A DNA stretch of 64,000 bases from Phoronis australis (Eukaryota > Animalia > Phoronida). The notes under the pieces are model-generated. The model did not search any database. It was not told the DNA's origin and saw nothing but the letters and a program-made list of their open reading frames with translations. Below, piece after piece: positions 28,901 through 41,652 of the stretch (within the stretch, counting starts at the first letter, position 1; each line of letters starts with the position of its first letter). Position numbers and translations under genes: made by a program. The stretch covers positions 362,408-426,407 of the forward strand of contig NMRA01000026.1 in the NCBI GenBank assembly GCA_002633005.1, read 5' to 3'.

Positions 28901-31900
28901 AAAAGCTGAGTATTGCATACAACAACAGGGCTATATGGACAGGGCTTAAGAAAACCGGCCAAGGACAGTTCACGTGACATGCGTACCTTTCTCCATCTCG
29001 CGCCTGCGACACTCGGCCTCGTGTGCCTGTTCCAGCTCTTCCCTTTCCTGTCGCAAGATATCTTGCTGTTGTAATCTCTCCACATAACTCTCTCTACAAT
29101 ACATAACACAACACTGGTCAAGCTTATGTAAGACGGGGAAATTGTCCAATTTTGGCCACTTTCAGGACGCAATACCTCAGAAATGACGATCAAATTCAAT
29201 GGAACTTTCGGATACTACACTTCATGCACTATAACTTATTAAAAAAAAATTGGTCATGTTATCGATTCTAGTCGATTCGATGTCTAGTGTAAAAATACTC
29301 TTTACTAGCTTGTCTTCAATAGAGTTCAATTACCTTTCCCCAGATTTCCTGCGAGACAATTGCCTCTCAACCCCGCCATGTTTTTCTGTGACAACTAATG
29401 CTTCTAAATGTTTTCATAAGCCCGACAAAAAGAAAACAGCAACGTTGGATCTGGTCTTTAGCCCCAACTCATTCCGAGACCTGCGCTCACTGATTCAATT
29501 TTCAAAAAAACATACAGACCAGAACCATCTATGCTTCTTTTTTGAATTTACTTGATTTTAATTGGTACAAAAATGCTATTTTCCAAACCATGAAGATGCT
29601 GGAGGGCATCAAAACTTGTTCCTGCATAACATGGATGTAATTCGCTTGCTTTTATCAGATACCAACCAGGCAGAACATTGATTGCATTCTGCAGGATTAT
29701 CTTAAACAAAGTTACTCCCTGGTTATTGGGCCTGTTTACATGGACGTTTTTATAGCCATTTTGAACACTTTTTTATCATCATTTCAACACCCTAAGTAAA
29801 AATTAATTCCCAACTTTGTTATTTCGTTCCCCGCTAAAAATAGTAGACTTTACTACTCAAGTTTGGAGCAAAACCTGGCAATAAATCACTCAGGCCACCT
29901 GCAGGTACCGGACGCAGTTCACAAGCAGACTTCATGACATCGCTTGGCGCCATTTGCCTTGGAGTACAAAACGTGAAGTGCTTTTATTTTATTCGGGGTA
30001 TGTGGCCAGAGGAAGACTGCAAGGTTTCAATAAGTCTTAGGGGGTATGACGAAATCCAAGGCACAGTGTGGTGTACACTCACACACAGATAATAAGGATG
30101 TGGGCGATTTTTGTACTATCCAGAATAACGAGAGCAATGAAACCACATTACTTGCTAAGAAAAAGCGCGTTGTAAAATACCGGAGAAATGGTAGAGTCAT
30201 CGTGTATTTACCATCACAGATATTCGTTTAAATGTAAGCATTTAAAATAGCACAGAAATAGCATAAAAGATCTCACATGTAAATGCTGCTATTGGCAGTT
30301 CACATAAAAACAAACACATTTAAAAAAAATCGCTTTTAAATGCTCAAGCTCGGTATGACGTCCATTCCATGATTTTCAATTCATACACTCTAAGGTCTGT
30401 TTCATGAAAATGACCTACGTCTGGTCACAAATTTTGACCTTAAGGTTATTTGGCAATAAGCCAAATATCTACAAAATCACAGAATTTAACTCAACAAAAG
30501 TCAATATTTTCTGAAAGTAGAAATAAGAAAGTAGAAATTCCGCCCAGTTTGATTTTTGACTTTAGACCGATCTACAATTAATTAGGCAAAAAGGAAAGGT
30601 ACATTCACAGAAAAAAACAGGATCAATAACACAACTAAATTTCACATGATGTAAATGGTCAAAATAAAATTTCAAAAATGTCGATACGATTTTGTAAATT
30701 ATCATGCACAAAGCATATTACCCGAAAATTTCATAATACGTCCAGCCACTTCTGCGATATGACATTCAAAAGTTGGCCAAAGTTGGACATTTTTCTAGGG
30801 TCCTACACTTCAAAATTACTGTAATGTTTTTGATTCAGTTTAGAAATAATTTATGCTAATTATTGGGCAACTAGGGATTGTGGGTCACAATTTCGCTGAG
30901 TTGAGATAAAATCATTTTTGGAAATAGTGCTGTGAAGTGTAACATTAAATTTCTGTCTTAAGTATAATATTGTGGAACAGTGCTGAAACTACAACTATTA
31001 TTAAAATCTCTTGGTCTATTTACACCGACCTCTTGTCTATTTACTTTGTCACGACGTTTCGGTCGGTCTATTCTCCGGCCATCGTCAGGTGTTCCTGCGT
31101 TCTTAGAAGAATGAGCACCAACTTGCACATTACTGATTGGTATGTGATGTGAATGACGTTTGTTGGTACCTTGTCACCAAAGGTATGCGGGGTCACCGAC
31201 TAATACATTACTGAGTACTGACTGGTGTGTGAATGATATATCTTGATACCTTGTCACCATGGGTATGCGGTGAAACGAAGGTCAACCCGCTGGAAAACAG
31301 AGTGACCCTCACACTGGCTTAGGATGGAGATCAGCTTATTTTCCAACAGGTTGATGGTCTTGTTAGCTTCACCACATACACAGATAATACCCTCTATGCT
31401 TTGTGGTTAAAAGCCGACATGTACACACAACTCTCATTGCGTGTGACATAGTTCTGATCTAAGGAGACCTCCCGACACAGGAAACCAGTTTATGTAGTAA
31501 TTAATGAGATTTCACTAATAATGCCCGTTCATTTATCATCTAATGCATGATACCGCATGATTAGCAACCAAGGGTGAATCACACACGCAATGCCTTTGTG
31601 TACTGCACAGCAATGTAAACGTCAATTCTGCAGGGTTTGATGAGGAAACTGAATCAGTAACATGCTTGCAGCTCTAATTAGAAAACATGCGGGCAATACA
31701 CTGAAGCTGTTGATTGCATGTTTAGCTGAATGGCGACGGGGTCTTCATATGAAACCAATGGAATGAAGGAGTAATGCTCAATGGGACCCAGTTGTAAAGT
31801 TCCTTTCACACCTATGCTGACGCGTCACTGTTTTGGAATTGTTACTAAGTGCGAAAGATATACTTCAGTTTTAGATCAAAGTTAAATGACCAGTTAACAG

Positions 31901-34900
31901 CCGGACTTACAGTGGAGCGCTGACAATATAGCGTCAAACATCACTAGAGACTTCTCATATTGGCGCTCTCTAGAGTAATGAGAGCACAAAAGCGACTTCC
32001 AATTCATTCTGACTCAGATTTGGTGGACAGAAATTCAGTTACTACATAGCGGTTCATAAATTTAAAAGCAGAGGAAGCAATTCCCCTCAGTACCCTCCCT
32101 CGTTTGATTAATCAAGCTTTCTAATTTATTTTAGCTTTTTGACACTGACTGGGATCAAAATTCTAGTAAAAAAGTCGCAGCCACAGGCTTTGTCATGGGT
32201 TTTTCTTTGCAGTGGGACAAATATGGAACATGATGTCCTTGTTCATCCATTGATATTTCAAAGGTTTACCGTTTTTCGTAAGGCATTAGTACATCCCGCA
32301 GCACAGCAATCGAAATTTGCCGACATAACAGCAGGAAAGGTGATAAAATGCCCACCCACATTAAATGGAAGAGATGAACGCCTGTCCATCGAAACCTGAT
32401 CATCATCTGGCAGGATGGTGAATTTCAGTATGGTGTGGCTATTTCAAAAATCAACTATTTTGGTGCCATCCGAGTTGTTGGCAAGTTGCGCTTTCACAAA
32501 GACATGTTGCGTTATCGTTTGTCAATATCAATATTTTATTCAAATAACAACCATTTTAAGACTAAACAATCATTGTAAAAATGTTTAATTTACACCTGTG
32601 TAGCGAATAGCTGCGTTCACATTTTTATAAATTTAAAGTGCTTAACAAAATCATTTTAGATAGACTGTTTTAGCTTAAAACTGCATTCTGTTCACACGAC
32701 AAGCTTGACACTGCAAAAACATTGAATGGCATCTTCAGACAGTTGTGGGAAAATGTTGAGCTATACTTGCACAGTATGACATCAGTGGGCATGGGGTCAC
32801 TAGGTACTGGAATATGTGGGTCATTTCAGGCAACAGCTGAACCCACATCTACAGCAGATGGTTTCTCTTTCAATAGCTGCTAGTGTTATCTACCATTCAC
32901 ACTGAGTGGTTACAATTGTTATTTGCCGAAATAAATTTTGCCAAGTATGTTGCTCTTCCATCAAGTTTGTTCTTACTTGGTCTGACATCAAGTTTTTTGT
33001 TTCTTCGCACGATACAGGTCACAATTTTCGCCCGATCATCACGAAATTTACACTTAACACATAGTTTCGGAAGTACTGGAAGCCTACTGTTTTTCGACAT
33101 AATCGGATCCGAGATGGCAGCTGTGGCGGCCATTTTGTTTTAATTTTAAGATTCAAATGCTTTTGGAGGCTACAATTTTTATGTACAGAGCTGAAAATCG
33201 GCACAATTATTGGACAGGACGTGCGCAGCATGTATACCGGAAATTATTCACTTCCGGTTGAAGATGGCAGAAATATCGGCACTTACACCTCGATTTCGGG
33301 AAAAAAATTCTCCCGTAGAGGGCGCGTTATAGGACCAATTACTTCGACATTTTTTAGGTATTAGTTTCTTATGACCGGAAGTTGCTTTCAAGATGGCGGA
33401 TCTGGCGCATGTTGACCCATTTTCAGTCGTGCTAGAGTGCCATTTTAAACGGGAAGAGAAAAAGATATGATTTTTTGCATGTGGATTCTCTGAGGTATAC
33501 TTTTTCCAATAACCTGTACCAATTTTTTGTCAGACTTATCGTTTTCGAGTTACTTGACTTTGAATTTCAAAAAAATGCAAAATTTCAATTTTTTTCGAAA
33601 AATTTATGGAATTGGCGATACCATTAGTTCACATAGAGTTTTAAACGGGCTTTCAGAAGGTTTTCCATTTTTCGCTAGGACGTCTGCTTTTCGAATTATT
33701 CAAGATTTTCTGATAGCGCTGTTCCTTTGTTGAGCACTCTTGCTGCATTGATGTTGGTTTAGCTTATATTGAACAAGAGTGTACTAGCCTATTTCTTGCT
33801 GATTTATGACATCTAAGTATGTCATATGAATGTTATGATGTTGTTCAGCATCATCACCATCGTCATCATATTCGTCATCTTCGTCATCATCTCCGTCATC
33901 TTCATTACTTGAATTGTTCATCATCGCCACCATCCTCATCATATTCGTCATCTTCGTCATCATCTCTATTGTCGTCTTTTCTGTTAATTTCGCCAAGTGT
34001 CGCTCCTCGGAGCGCTTTCATTGAAACTTTAGTACCTGGTTTTAGTCACCAGTCGTCAGTGCTATCACTTTCTGATTCACCCCACTGATGCGCAATTATT
34101 ATCAACAAGTCTTAAAACAACGCCTCCTACAGAGTAATAACTTTTTCTGTACAACGGTTATAATCTCTTGCTAAACCACCNTGGCAGAAATATCGACACT
34201 TGCACCTCGATTTCGGGAAAAAAATGTCTCCCGTAGAGGGCGCATTATAGGACCAATTGCTTCGACATTTTTTAGGTATTAGTTTCTTATGACCGGAAGT
34301 TGCTTTCAAGATGGCGGATCTGGCGCATGTTGACCCATTTTCAGTCGTGCTAGAGTGCCATTTTAAACGGGAAGAGAAAAAGATGTGATTTTTTGCATGT
34401 GGATTCTCTGAAGTATACTTTTTCCAATAACCTGTACCAATTTTTTTCTCAGACTTATCGTTTTCGAGTTACTTGACTTTGAATTTCAAAAAAATGCAAA
34501 ATTTCAATTTTTTTCGAAAAATTTATGGAATTGGGCGATACCATTAGTTTATATAGAGTTTTAAACAGACTTTCAGAAGATGTTTTCCATTTTTCGCAAG
34601 GACGTCTACTTTTCGAATTATTCGAGATTTTCTTATAGCGCTGTTCCTTTGTTGAGCGCTCTTGCTGCATTGATGTTGGTTTAGCTTATATTGAACAAGA
34701 GTGTAGCCTATTTCTTGCTGATTTATGACATCTAAGTACGTCATATGAATGTTATGATGTTGTTCAGCATCATCACCATCGTCATCATATTCGTCATCTT
34801 CGTCATCATCTCCGTCATCTTCATTACTTGAATTGTTCATCATCGCCACCATCCTCGTCATATTCGCCATCTTCGTCATCATCTCTATCGTCGTCTTTTC

Positions 34901-37900
34901 TGTTAATTTCGCCAAGTGTCGCTCCTCGGAGCGCTTTCATTGAAACTTTAGTACCTGGTTTTAGTCGCCAGTCGTCAGTGCTATCACTTTCTGATTCACC
35001 CCACTGATGCGCAATTATTATCAACAAGTCTTAAAACAACACCACCTACAGAGTAATAACTTTTTCTGTACAACGGTTATAATCTCTTGCTAAACCACCC
35101 TCGCAGAGGGCTATAACCGCGCCGCAGTTATCACTTTTAAAACAGGTTTTCAAGTCTTCAAACAGGAAGTTTGAAATCGGTTTGAGAAGTTACAAGGGTA
35201 AATGGGAAGTCACCACAAAGCAAAACCACCAAATTTAACGCCCTAATGTCTCAGGGCATTTAGAAAAATGAAGCTCATCATCAAATTACTATAAAATATT
35301 TCATTTCATAACCAATACCTCTTAAACTCAAACAACAGAAAAAGTTAGCTAAACAACTGTCAAATCAATTTCCTTTTGGAATATTTTCAACAAACACATC
35401 TATTTTTAATCAACAAAAGAAATTTTTACAAAGTAGGCAGGATGACGATGGGTTTTGAGGACGCCAATTATATTTTTCTGGAATCATTGTCAGAGAACAC
35501 AAGGACACATGGCTTCTTGGAAACGAATCAAACATCACGATTCTTTTTGACATATCAAAACAAAAAACTCTTTAAGGTTATGTCGGACCTTATGTCTGCT
35601 CTGTGTATTTTGCCAAGTACCAACAAAACTATACATTTTAACTCGGTAAAAGTACACAGTAGAAAGCCAGTAGAATTTCATTTATTTCACTAATCTGCCA
35701 TCAACAGGGTCACATGGTCATACATTATCAGTAAAACTTAGCAAAAAGAAAGGTACAGTCATAGCAAAACAACGGTAAAAATAACTGCACGACCAAATTT
35801 CAATGTTCAATATGTAATCTCAATTTCTGGATTATCATTTCGCTCTATTTTAGATAGCACTTCATGAGGAACATTTAAAAAAACACAATTCCTAAAAGAA
35901 TTTTGTAGAACAATGAATAAAAAATACAACCTGGAAGTTTCATATGAATCCAATAAGCTACTTCTGAAAAATGAAGTTACAAACAAATATGGACACTTTT
36001 CTAGGATTTGACCAAACTCGGGTCCTGGCAACTTTAAATATTCAGTGTTCAATTGCTGTCATTGCAAAGCACTTCAAAGGCATAATTCATACACTTCATC
36101 TCATTATCAGTGACCAAAGCCAGACCCTCCCCCCCCAGAGTCCTTGGGTATTAAGTGCAGCAAGGACTAAGATGAGTATAAATTTTATCTCATGATGGGA
36201 GGCAGAGGCGACTTCAATCAAAGAGCAGAGAAAGCAAAATCAATAGGCCTTCTGGATGGTACAGTCAGGCATAAATGATTATCAGTTCAGAGTTGGAAAA
36301 CACACCACAGCCTGGATAGACACACACACGACATTAAAGCTCCGTTTTGCTCTAGTTAGATGACTAAATACTGGAAATCGAATCAGGCCTTCAACTCTCA
36401 TAAAATCGGTTTCGCAATTTTTCTTACCGTGACAGGAATCTATTTCTGCTACTAACAAGAGTGTTGAAACCATCGACGACTCAAAGAAAACATTTGAGAG
36501 TTTATCAGGGATGGCTAAGTTATTACTGGGAATTCGAAAATGGTGTATTTTAACTCGAGAAAATGCTTCAGACTTTATTGGGAAACTAGGGCGCATGCTC
36601 GATGCATAGATAACAGTAGATAGGCGTATCGTTCACTTTGTTTTTCTTTCTTATAATAAAGATAATGGTAAGCATTAATCGGTAACTGCTGATGGGCGCC
36701 CAAGATTGGACATCCGTGCTACCTATACTGATCTATCCAGCAAAGACGCAACAAAGGAAAACAACGGCAGCATCCCATAGATGGGACAATAGCTTGCGAA
36801 ACCAATACGACATCATTTGGCACAGGTTACCCAAAATCAGGAACTCCAAAATGGCTCAATGCCTGTGACTCAAGTTGATAATGGAAATATAATCCTATCA
36901 CAGAAAAGAATATTATACCGATTTTATAAGAGTAAGAGGCTCAATTCGATTTACATTTTTAGCCAACTAAACAGGGCGAAATTCACCTTTACATAATCAA
37001 TCACATGGAGACTGTAAACAACTCTAACAAGCCAGCACAGCTCCTTTCATCCTGGCACACATACACATTACAAATGTAAACTTTGCCCAATGCTAACCTC
37101 CCTTTGATCACATGGTGAACCCGACTGGGAGGCCCAAACCCTTAAATCCAACCTAAAATCTACGTTACCAACTGCTCGATGACCCTTTTTCAGTTACTGA
37201 CCCTTTCATCAAAATCCATCCAACCACTTTTTAATTAAAAACGCGGGTGTTTAAAAGACTGGATTTTACCTAACGGAACAATCAATGAAAGCTACCAATG
37301 AGTTCCAGCACTTTTCAACACTAATGCCTTTTAAGTGCCATCCGCACACGGACTTACCCTAGAACAAGTTACTCTTGAAACGAGTTGTCACTTGGTTCGA
37401 GTACTGTCTGGATGCTATTTAAACTAGCGCAACTTACCCCACTTATGACCACATTACTGAGGTAGGGTAACTTGTTCTAAGGTAAGTTGCGACACTTGTA
37501 ACCGCGAAAGTGGGCTAGGGCTGAAGTAATTATAAGTTGTGGAACTACATACAGACGGTTTTCTTTTGCGCGCCGTATTGGCATCAGATGTTCATTGTCA
37601 CGCACAGAGCGACAACTTCTGCCTTACCCTAGTTATGGGATATGTGTGTGTGTGTGTGTGTGTGGACTTTCAACTCCAAAATGGGGTTAGTTACTAGCAC
37701 TAGTGGAAGTTGTTCTAGCGTAAACTGTGCGTGAACAAGACTTTATTCCCAGCCCGTATACCATACCGGTTTACAAGAAAATGACAGAGACTTGTCTTCA
37801 AGAAGGTATATATATATAACACGCACAATAACTAATTTCTGTGGATCAGCACAATGCTTTGTCGAAGTTCAATAACCAATACCTATACCCATGTTTGTAC

Positions 37901-40900
37901 AGCATTGATTTAACAAGCAATTAACAATCAGTATACCTAATTGAGTTACATAGTTTTGCATGAAATAAGAAGCCTCGAAATACTTCGAACTTTATGCGGA
38001 ATTTCATTACTTGGTTATTCGAGTTTGTTCCCTTAGCAATGAATATGGACCATATATGGAAAAGATAGGTCAACCAAAACGTTCATAGCAACTCTCATTT
38101 AGGTGTCAAAAGTGAACGGGGTTGGGATTTGGCTCTTGTGACGAAAGAAAGGTTCTTTTGAAGCATAAACTTGTTATATCATGCTGGTGGTGGTACAGTG
38201 AAAGACTGTGGTTGACCTGGTAAGGGTCAATTTCAACAACGTCGCCATTTTAACGCACTACAGAAGACGCTAACAACACGATGTACCCGGCAACCACTGT
38301 ATGGCAAAATCCATAACTCAGGTGACTCAAAATTGCAAGTGAAACACTCGAAAATACCATTGGATATACTCCATAAAGCAAAATCACAAGCGTAAAAATT
38401 GGCTCACTTGCACAAGTGCCGAGCACTAGAGTTTCAATATTTTTGACGAAGATCTTGGTTATCACTCAGTCCAAATCGGGGATAACGAATGCAAATATGC
38501 CGTCACTCGTATTTCCGAGCAGAGATGTTCACCCGTGTCGAGCTCTGCAAGTAATAGATGAGAGTGTGCCTGCGTGCACTCACAATCCAGAACAAAACGC
38601 AACACCTTATCAGCTACGAAAATGAACAATGAGACAATATACCAAATGATGAAAACCCCAACATGAGTCAATGGGCGTCACTTCTTTCATTTGCCAACTC
38701 ACGACAAAACCTCAAAGCCCCAAAGTACATCCACTTCAAAGCCCGAAATGCCCAATCGAGAAATACAATACTGAACGGGCAAAAAACTCACCGAAGATGA
38801 TACCAAAGAGGGCAGAGGACTCACACTATACGATACTTGGCAGAACCCCAGGTACCTAAATGAGAATCTGCTAATTTCGATTTTTTTATTCTTTCACACA
38901 ACCGCACACACATTCAACAAGCTTTTGTCATATGTGGAATGAACAAAGTGTGAAAACATTGAAGCGTGTAGACATAAAAAAGCCTCAAAAATCATTTATG
39001 TTCACTCTAGAAGCAAGAATTTAGAGCAAAAACATAACATCGTCTTAATTCTAACCAGAATGTATGATGAGAAAATAACTAAAAAACATACTCTTATATA
39101 CAGCACCAACCCCTGCCTTAGATCCTAAAACTTGTCAGCAGTGTGATAAATTAAGGAATGGATGAAGTGATTAATTAATTAATTTTTCAGGCATTGACAC
39201 GACGATGATTAAGAGCATGTAACATAGAACATACTAGTACATGAGGGTTGGAATCTAGGCCACACAATCGAGAGCCACAAGTGTTAGCAAATAATTCCAA
39301 TATGAGACAGGAATTTAAAGCCATACACGAAACAAACCACAAGGACAATGAAAACAATAGTACACATTTTGAAGAGAACAGAAACGTGATTCAAAAGGAA
39401 GTCTTATTTCAATTCATGAACAGGACAAGTTTGGTTATGAAGAAAATGATTTACTTGTACAAAACACATCATTCATTTAGAGTACAAAACAACACTAGAT
39501 GTCTCTGCACGCCAAACACAATAACACAACCCAAGTTAAATCTGGTGTCTCACCTCATGACCCACACGGGCTCGTTGTTGACAGACTCCTGCTGTGAACA
39601 CTTCAGCTGCGTGTTTTTGCCTTTCTCAATGGCACTACGAATATCTGCCAGAGCTGATTCCACCTCTTCTTTCCTTTCACCCACCAGGTGTCGCCGCCGC
39701 TGCTCTGATTCCACCTCCAACTGTTGCTGGATTTTCTAGGAAAATTCATCAAGTAATATATTATAATTGACTTCAGTGAGAATATCGAGGATAGTTGGAT
39801 TAGCTCTTCATTCAATTTCAAACCAGTATCATGTTGTTGTTATTATTGATCCTAAATTCAACCTTGAACTCAAGTTCTAACTGTCTAAGGAAATTTATGA
39901 AAACTACGAAGAAAAGCGCAAGGAAACCTGTTCCGTAGAGCCTCGATGGGTCAGTTTGAAGTTGTGCTGAAACAGATCAGCTATCCATGCCAGCTACGTT
40001 TTTTATTTCACAGTTTTGGTTTTACTGATTTATTTTTTTCTCAGAAAAGTAAGACAAATACCTAACCTAGCAAATAAAATTAAACGTATTTTGCCCATCA
40101 GGAAAAACAAAAATCAAGACAGTTTATAACTTAGGTAGACAGTTTTGTAATACCGCACACAACAGTGTAAAACCTCTTTAAGTGATTTACTTTCAGAAAA
40201 TATGTTCTTTTACTGAGGTTAAAATCTATAAGTTTGTAAATATTTGGCTAAATACAACGGCTCGTCAATAAGGTCACATAATCGATAGCCATACTTCAGT
40301 CTGGCCACGAAGTAAAATTTGTATGCCCGACTCTGTGCATAAAAAAATTTCCCTGCTCATCTCCATAACATCTAGCCAATTGAATGTGGTGGTGCCCCAA
40401 ATGCTTTCAACACACATGACAGAACAGTACTTACAAGTCCTTCAGGTGAAGCTAGGAACTCCTCAATATCACTCCCTTCACGGCTGTCGGACAGACCATC
40501 CAGCACACTAGGCATGCCATTACCACCGGCCGTATCGGACACCACACTCTCTGCGTCACCACTCTCCCCCTCTGACGTTTGTGTCGACAGAGCGTGTCTA
40601 TCATCCTCAACAGTGTCGTTCAGAGGAATCTCCGTCATCGTCTGTTCTACCTCTTCCGCACTTATCTGTTGGAGACACGGTCTGCCGTGCATGGATATGT
40701 GCGATGGCGATTTGGTCACTTGATCATCGCCAAATGCCAGTCTTGCTCCTACGTAACTATGAGTGGTCTCTACAGCTGCCACTGGCACACCATTGCAGAC
40801 ATATCTGTCATCCCTATCAACATTGTTTGAGACAGAAGAGGGGTCTACAGCTAAACCATTTTCACGTGTAACCAACTCTGGGTGTTCAGTCAAAATGGAA

Positions 40901-41652
40901 TCTCTTTCTAACGAGTCTCGTTCTGAACTAGACGAGTCACGGACACGAGAACCATGGGTAGGTAACCGTCTTGCTACTCCTGGGGACTGCTTTTTCATTT
41001 TGGGTATTGCACCATGTTTGTTTGTTCTCAAATGATCAAGTATACCCTGATCATCAAATTTACAATCTTTGACTTGATTCAACTCGGGTATATTGTTTCT
41101 GATCTCGGCACTGTTGCGTTTGTGGACGAGCTGTTCAAAGGACGGCTGACCAGATCCATCATCAGTTAAACTGTCGTTGATGGCTGGTTCCCGAGCAACC
41201 TGGCTGTAATCAAAGTCTTTCATTTCCTTCTCGGGAGACTCGCAACTGTCACTAGTGTCTGGCTGAGACCCGATCATGAACTCGTCCAAATTTAAACCCG
41301 AAATGGTGCTCAGGTCGCTGGCGCGCCTGGAGCCACCGTCACCGGGGTTAACGTAAAGACTGGTGTCATCGTCTCCATCATCCTGATCACCATGGTCACC
41401 GGAGCCCATGTCACCACCACCGGTTACCGCTGCATTCTCAGTGGATGATGCTACGTTACTAGCCTCTAATGATACTTTGCTGTCAGTGTCAGCGTCGCTA
41501 GTTTTATCAAAACCGGAATCTTGACAAGATGACTCTTCATTTTCTTCGACCGTCTCAGAGTGAATAATTTCCCTGGAGACATCGTGCTCAGGCAGTGTCC
41601 TCCAGCTGGTCTGGTGAACTTCTGGCAGCACCTGACTCTGTTCGCTCATCAT
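4900..41652 (-). CDS. APBA1: Mint/X11/LIN-10 family adaptor (APP-binding family A), spliced gene, ~1091 aa
   Basis: 15 GT-AG exons join in consistent phase: 41652-40435, 39735-39554, 29093-28987, 27702-27616, 24860-24444, 21499-21390, 20719-20695, 17180-17029, 11416-11330, 10194-10033 (or its copy 10793-10632), 8868-8686, 7918-7706, 6966-6847, 6047-5907, 4971-4900. PTB ([17 protein letters not shown]; [15 protein letters not shown]), PDZ1, PDZ2, C-terminus [12 protein letters not shown]. Likely a co-orthologue of vertebrate APBA1/2/3. Confidence 0.95.
5907..6047 (-). CDS. APBA1: Mint exon, PDZ2
   Basis: [47 protein letters not shown]; cag/gtaagc. Confidence 0.95.
6847..6966 (-). CDS. APBA1: Mint exon, PDZ1-PDZ2 junction
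   Basis: [40 protein letters not shown]; cag/gtaaga. Confidence 0.95.
7706..7918 (-). CDS. APBA1: Mint exon, PDZ1
   Basis: [32 protein letters not shown]...[25 protein letters not shown]; cag/gtgggt. Confidence 0.95.
8686..8868 (-). CDS. APBA1: Mint exon, PTB C-terminal helix and linker
   Basis: [28 protein letters not shown]...FANKEAEKE; cag/gtgaga. Confidence 0.95.
10033..10194 (-). CDS. APBA1: Mint exon, PTB core (copy 1)
   Basis: [28 protein letters not shown]...[11 protein letters not shown]; tag/gtgagc. Confidence 0.9.
10632..10793 (-). CDS. APBA1: Mint exon, PTB core (copy 2; probably an assembly/haplotype duplicate)
   Basis: Same peptide as 10033-10194, inside a 598-bp duplication joined by an N at 10473. 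Confidence 0.6.
11330..11416 (-). CDS. APBA1: Mint exon, PTB
   Basis: [29 protein letters not shown]; tag/gtgagt. Confidence 0.95.
11815..11982. repeat. ~39-bp minisatellite (acaagatagctcatactggaccagaagagaaagtgggac), ~4 copies, with degenerate copies upstream
   Basis: Directly visible. Confidence 0.85.
13758..13784 (-). CDS. Candidate 27-nt alternative microexon of Mint (VDDDHYVFE)
   Basis: aag|GTTGATGACGATCACTATGTGTTTGAG|gtatgc; phase 0-0, no stop. Confidence 0.4.
16332..16337 (-). CDS. Candidate 6-nt microexon of Mint (Ala-Ser)
   Basis: aag|GCCTCG|gtaagt; perfect donor, ~80-nt AG-free zone upstream, phase 0-0. Confidence 0.6.
17029..17180 (-). CDS. APBA1: Mint exon, PTB N-terminal part
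   Basis: [50 protein letters not shown]; tag/gtcagt. Confidence 0.95.
20695..20719 (-). CDS. APBA1: Mint short exon before the PTB (alternative donor extends it to 20671)
   Basis: ttttcag|EKRTRAKE G|gtgaga; a second in-frame donor gtaaga lies 24 nt further. Confidence 0.75.
21390..21499 (-). CDS. APBA1: Mint exon
   Basis: (D)[36 protein letters not shown]; tag/gtgagc; phases fit neighbours. Confidence 0.85.
24444..24860 (-). CDS. APBA1: Mint exon, disordered N-terminal region
   Basis: 417-nt GC-rich open frame [11 protein letters not shown]...ERRKEG; tag/gtcggt, phase 1-1. Confidence 0.8.
27616..27702 (-). CDS. APBA1: Mint exon
   Basis: (V)[28 protein letters not shown]; cag/gtaggc, phase 1-1. 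Confidence 0.75.
28987..29093 (-). CDS. APBA1: Mint exon, charged coiled-coil-like segment
   Basis: [35 protein letters not shown]; tag/gtacgc; supplies the required phase 2 to 1 bridge. Confidence 0.8.
31050..31092 (-). ncRNA. Minimal type I hammerhead ribozyme motif of Penelope-like element type
   Basis: Minus strand cacCTGACGAtggccgg-agaataga-ccgaccGAAAcGTCgtg: core boxes, stem II, cac/gtg stem I. Confidence 0.6.
33265..35099. repeat. ~916-bp tandem duplication (33265-34180 / 34182-35099) of a repeat-derived segment with a (TCA/TCG)n tract, N at the junction
   Basis: Near-identical copies, N at 34181. Confidence 0.9.
37335..37742. mobile_element. Degenerate MITE (possibly PIF/Harbinger type) containing (TG)n
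   Basis: Imperfect inverted ends gcacacggacttaccctagaacaa / ttgttctagcgtaaactgtgcgtg and internal inverted motifs. Confidence 0.4.
39554..39735 (-). CDS. APBA1: Mint exon carrying the CASK/LIN-2-interaction motif
   Basis: KIQQQLEVE...[16 protein letters not shown]...NNEPVWVMR; tag/gtgaga; matches Mint1 EPIWVMRQ. Confidence 0.9.
40435..41652 (-). CDS. APBA1: Mint first coding exon (406 codons, acidic and disordered); exon begins at 41674
   Basis: 433-aa ORF 40372-41673; acceptor cag at 41675-41677; donor gtaagt after PEGL; first ATG at 41652. Confidence 0.85.

Noticed and set aside
33784-35027. Acidic ORFs ([13 protein letters not shown]...)
   Set aside because: Products of a (TCA/TCG)n tract in repeat-derived, duplicated sequence; no splice-compatible placement in Mint
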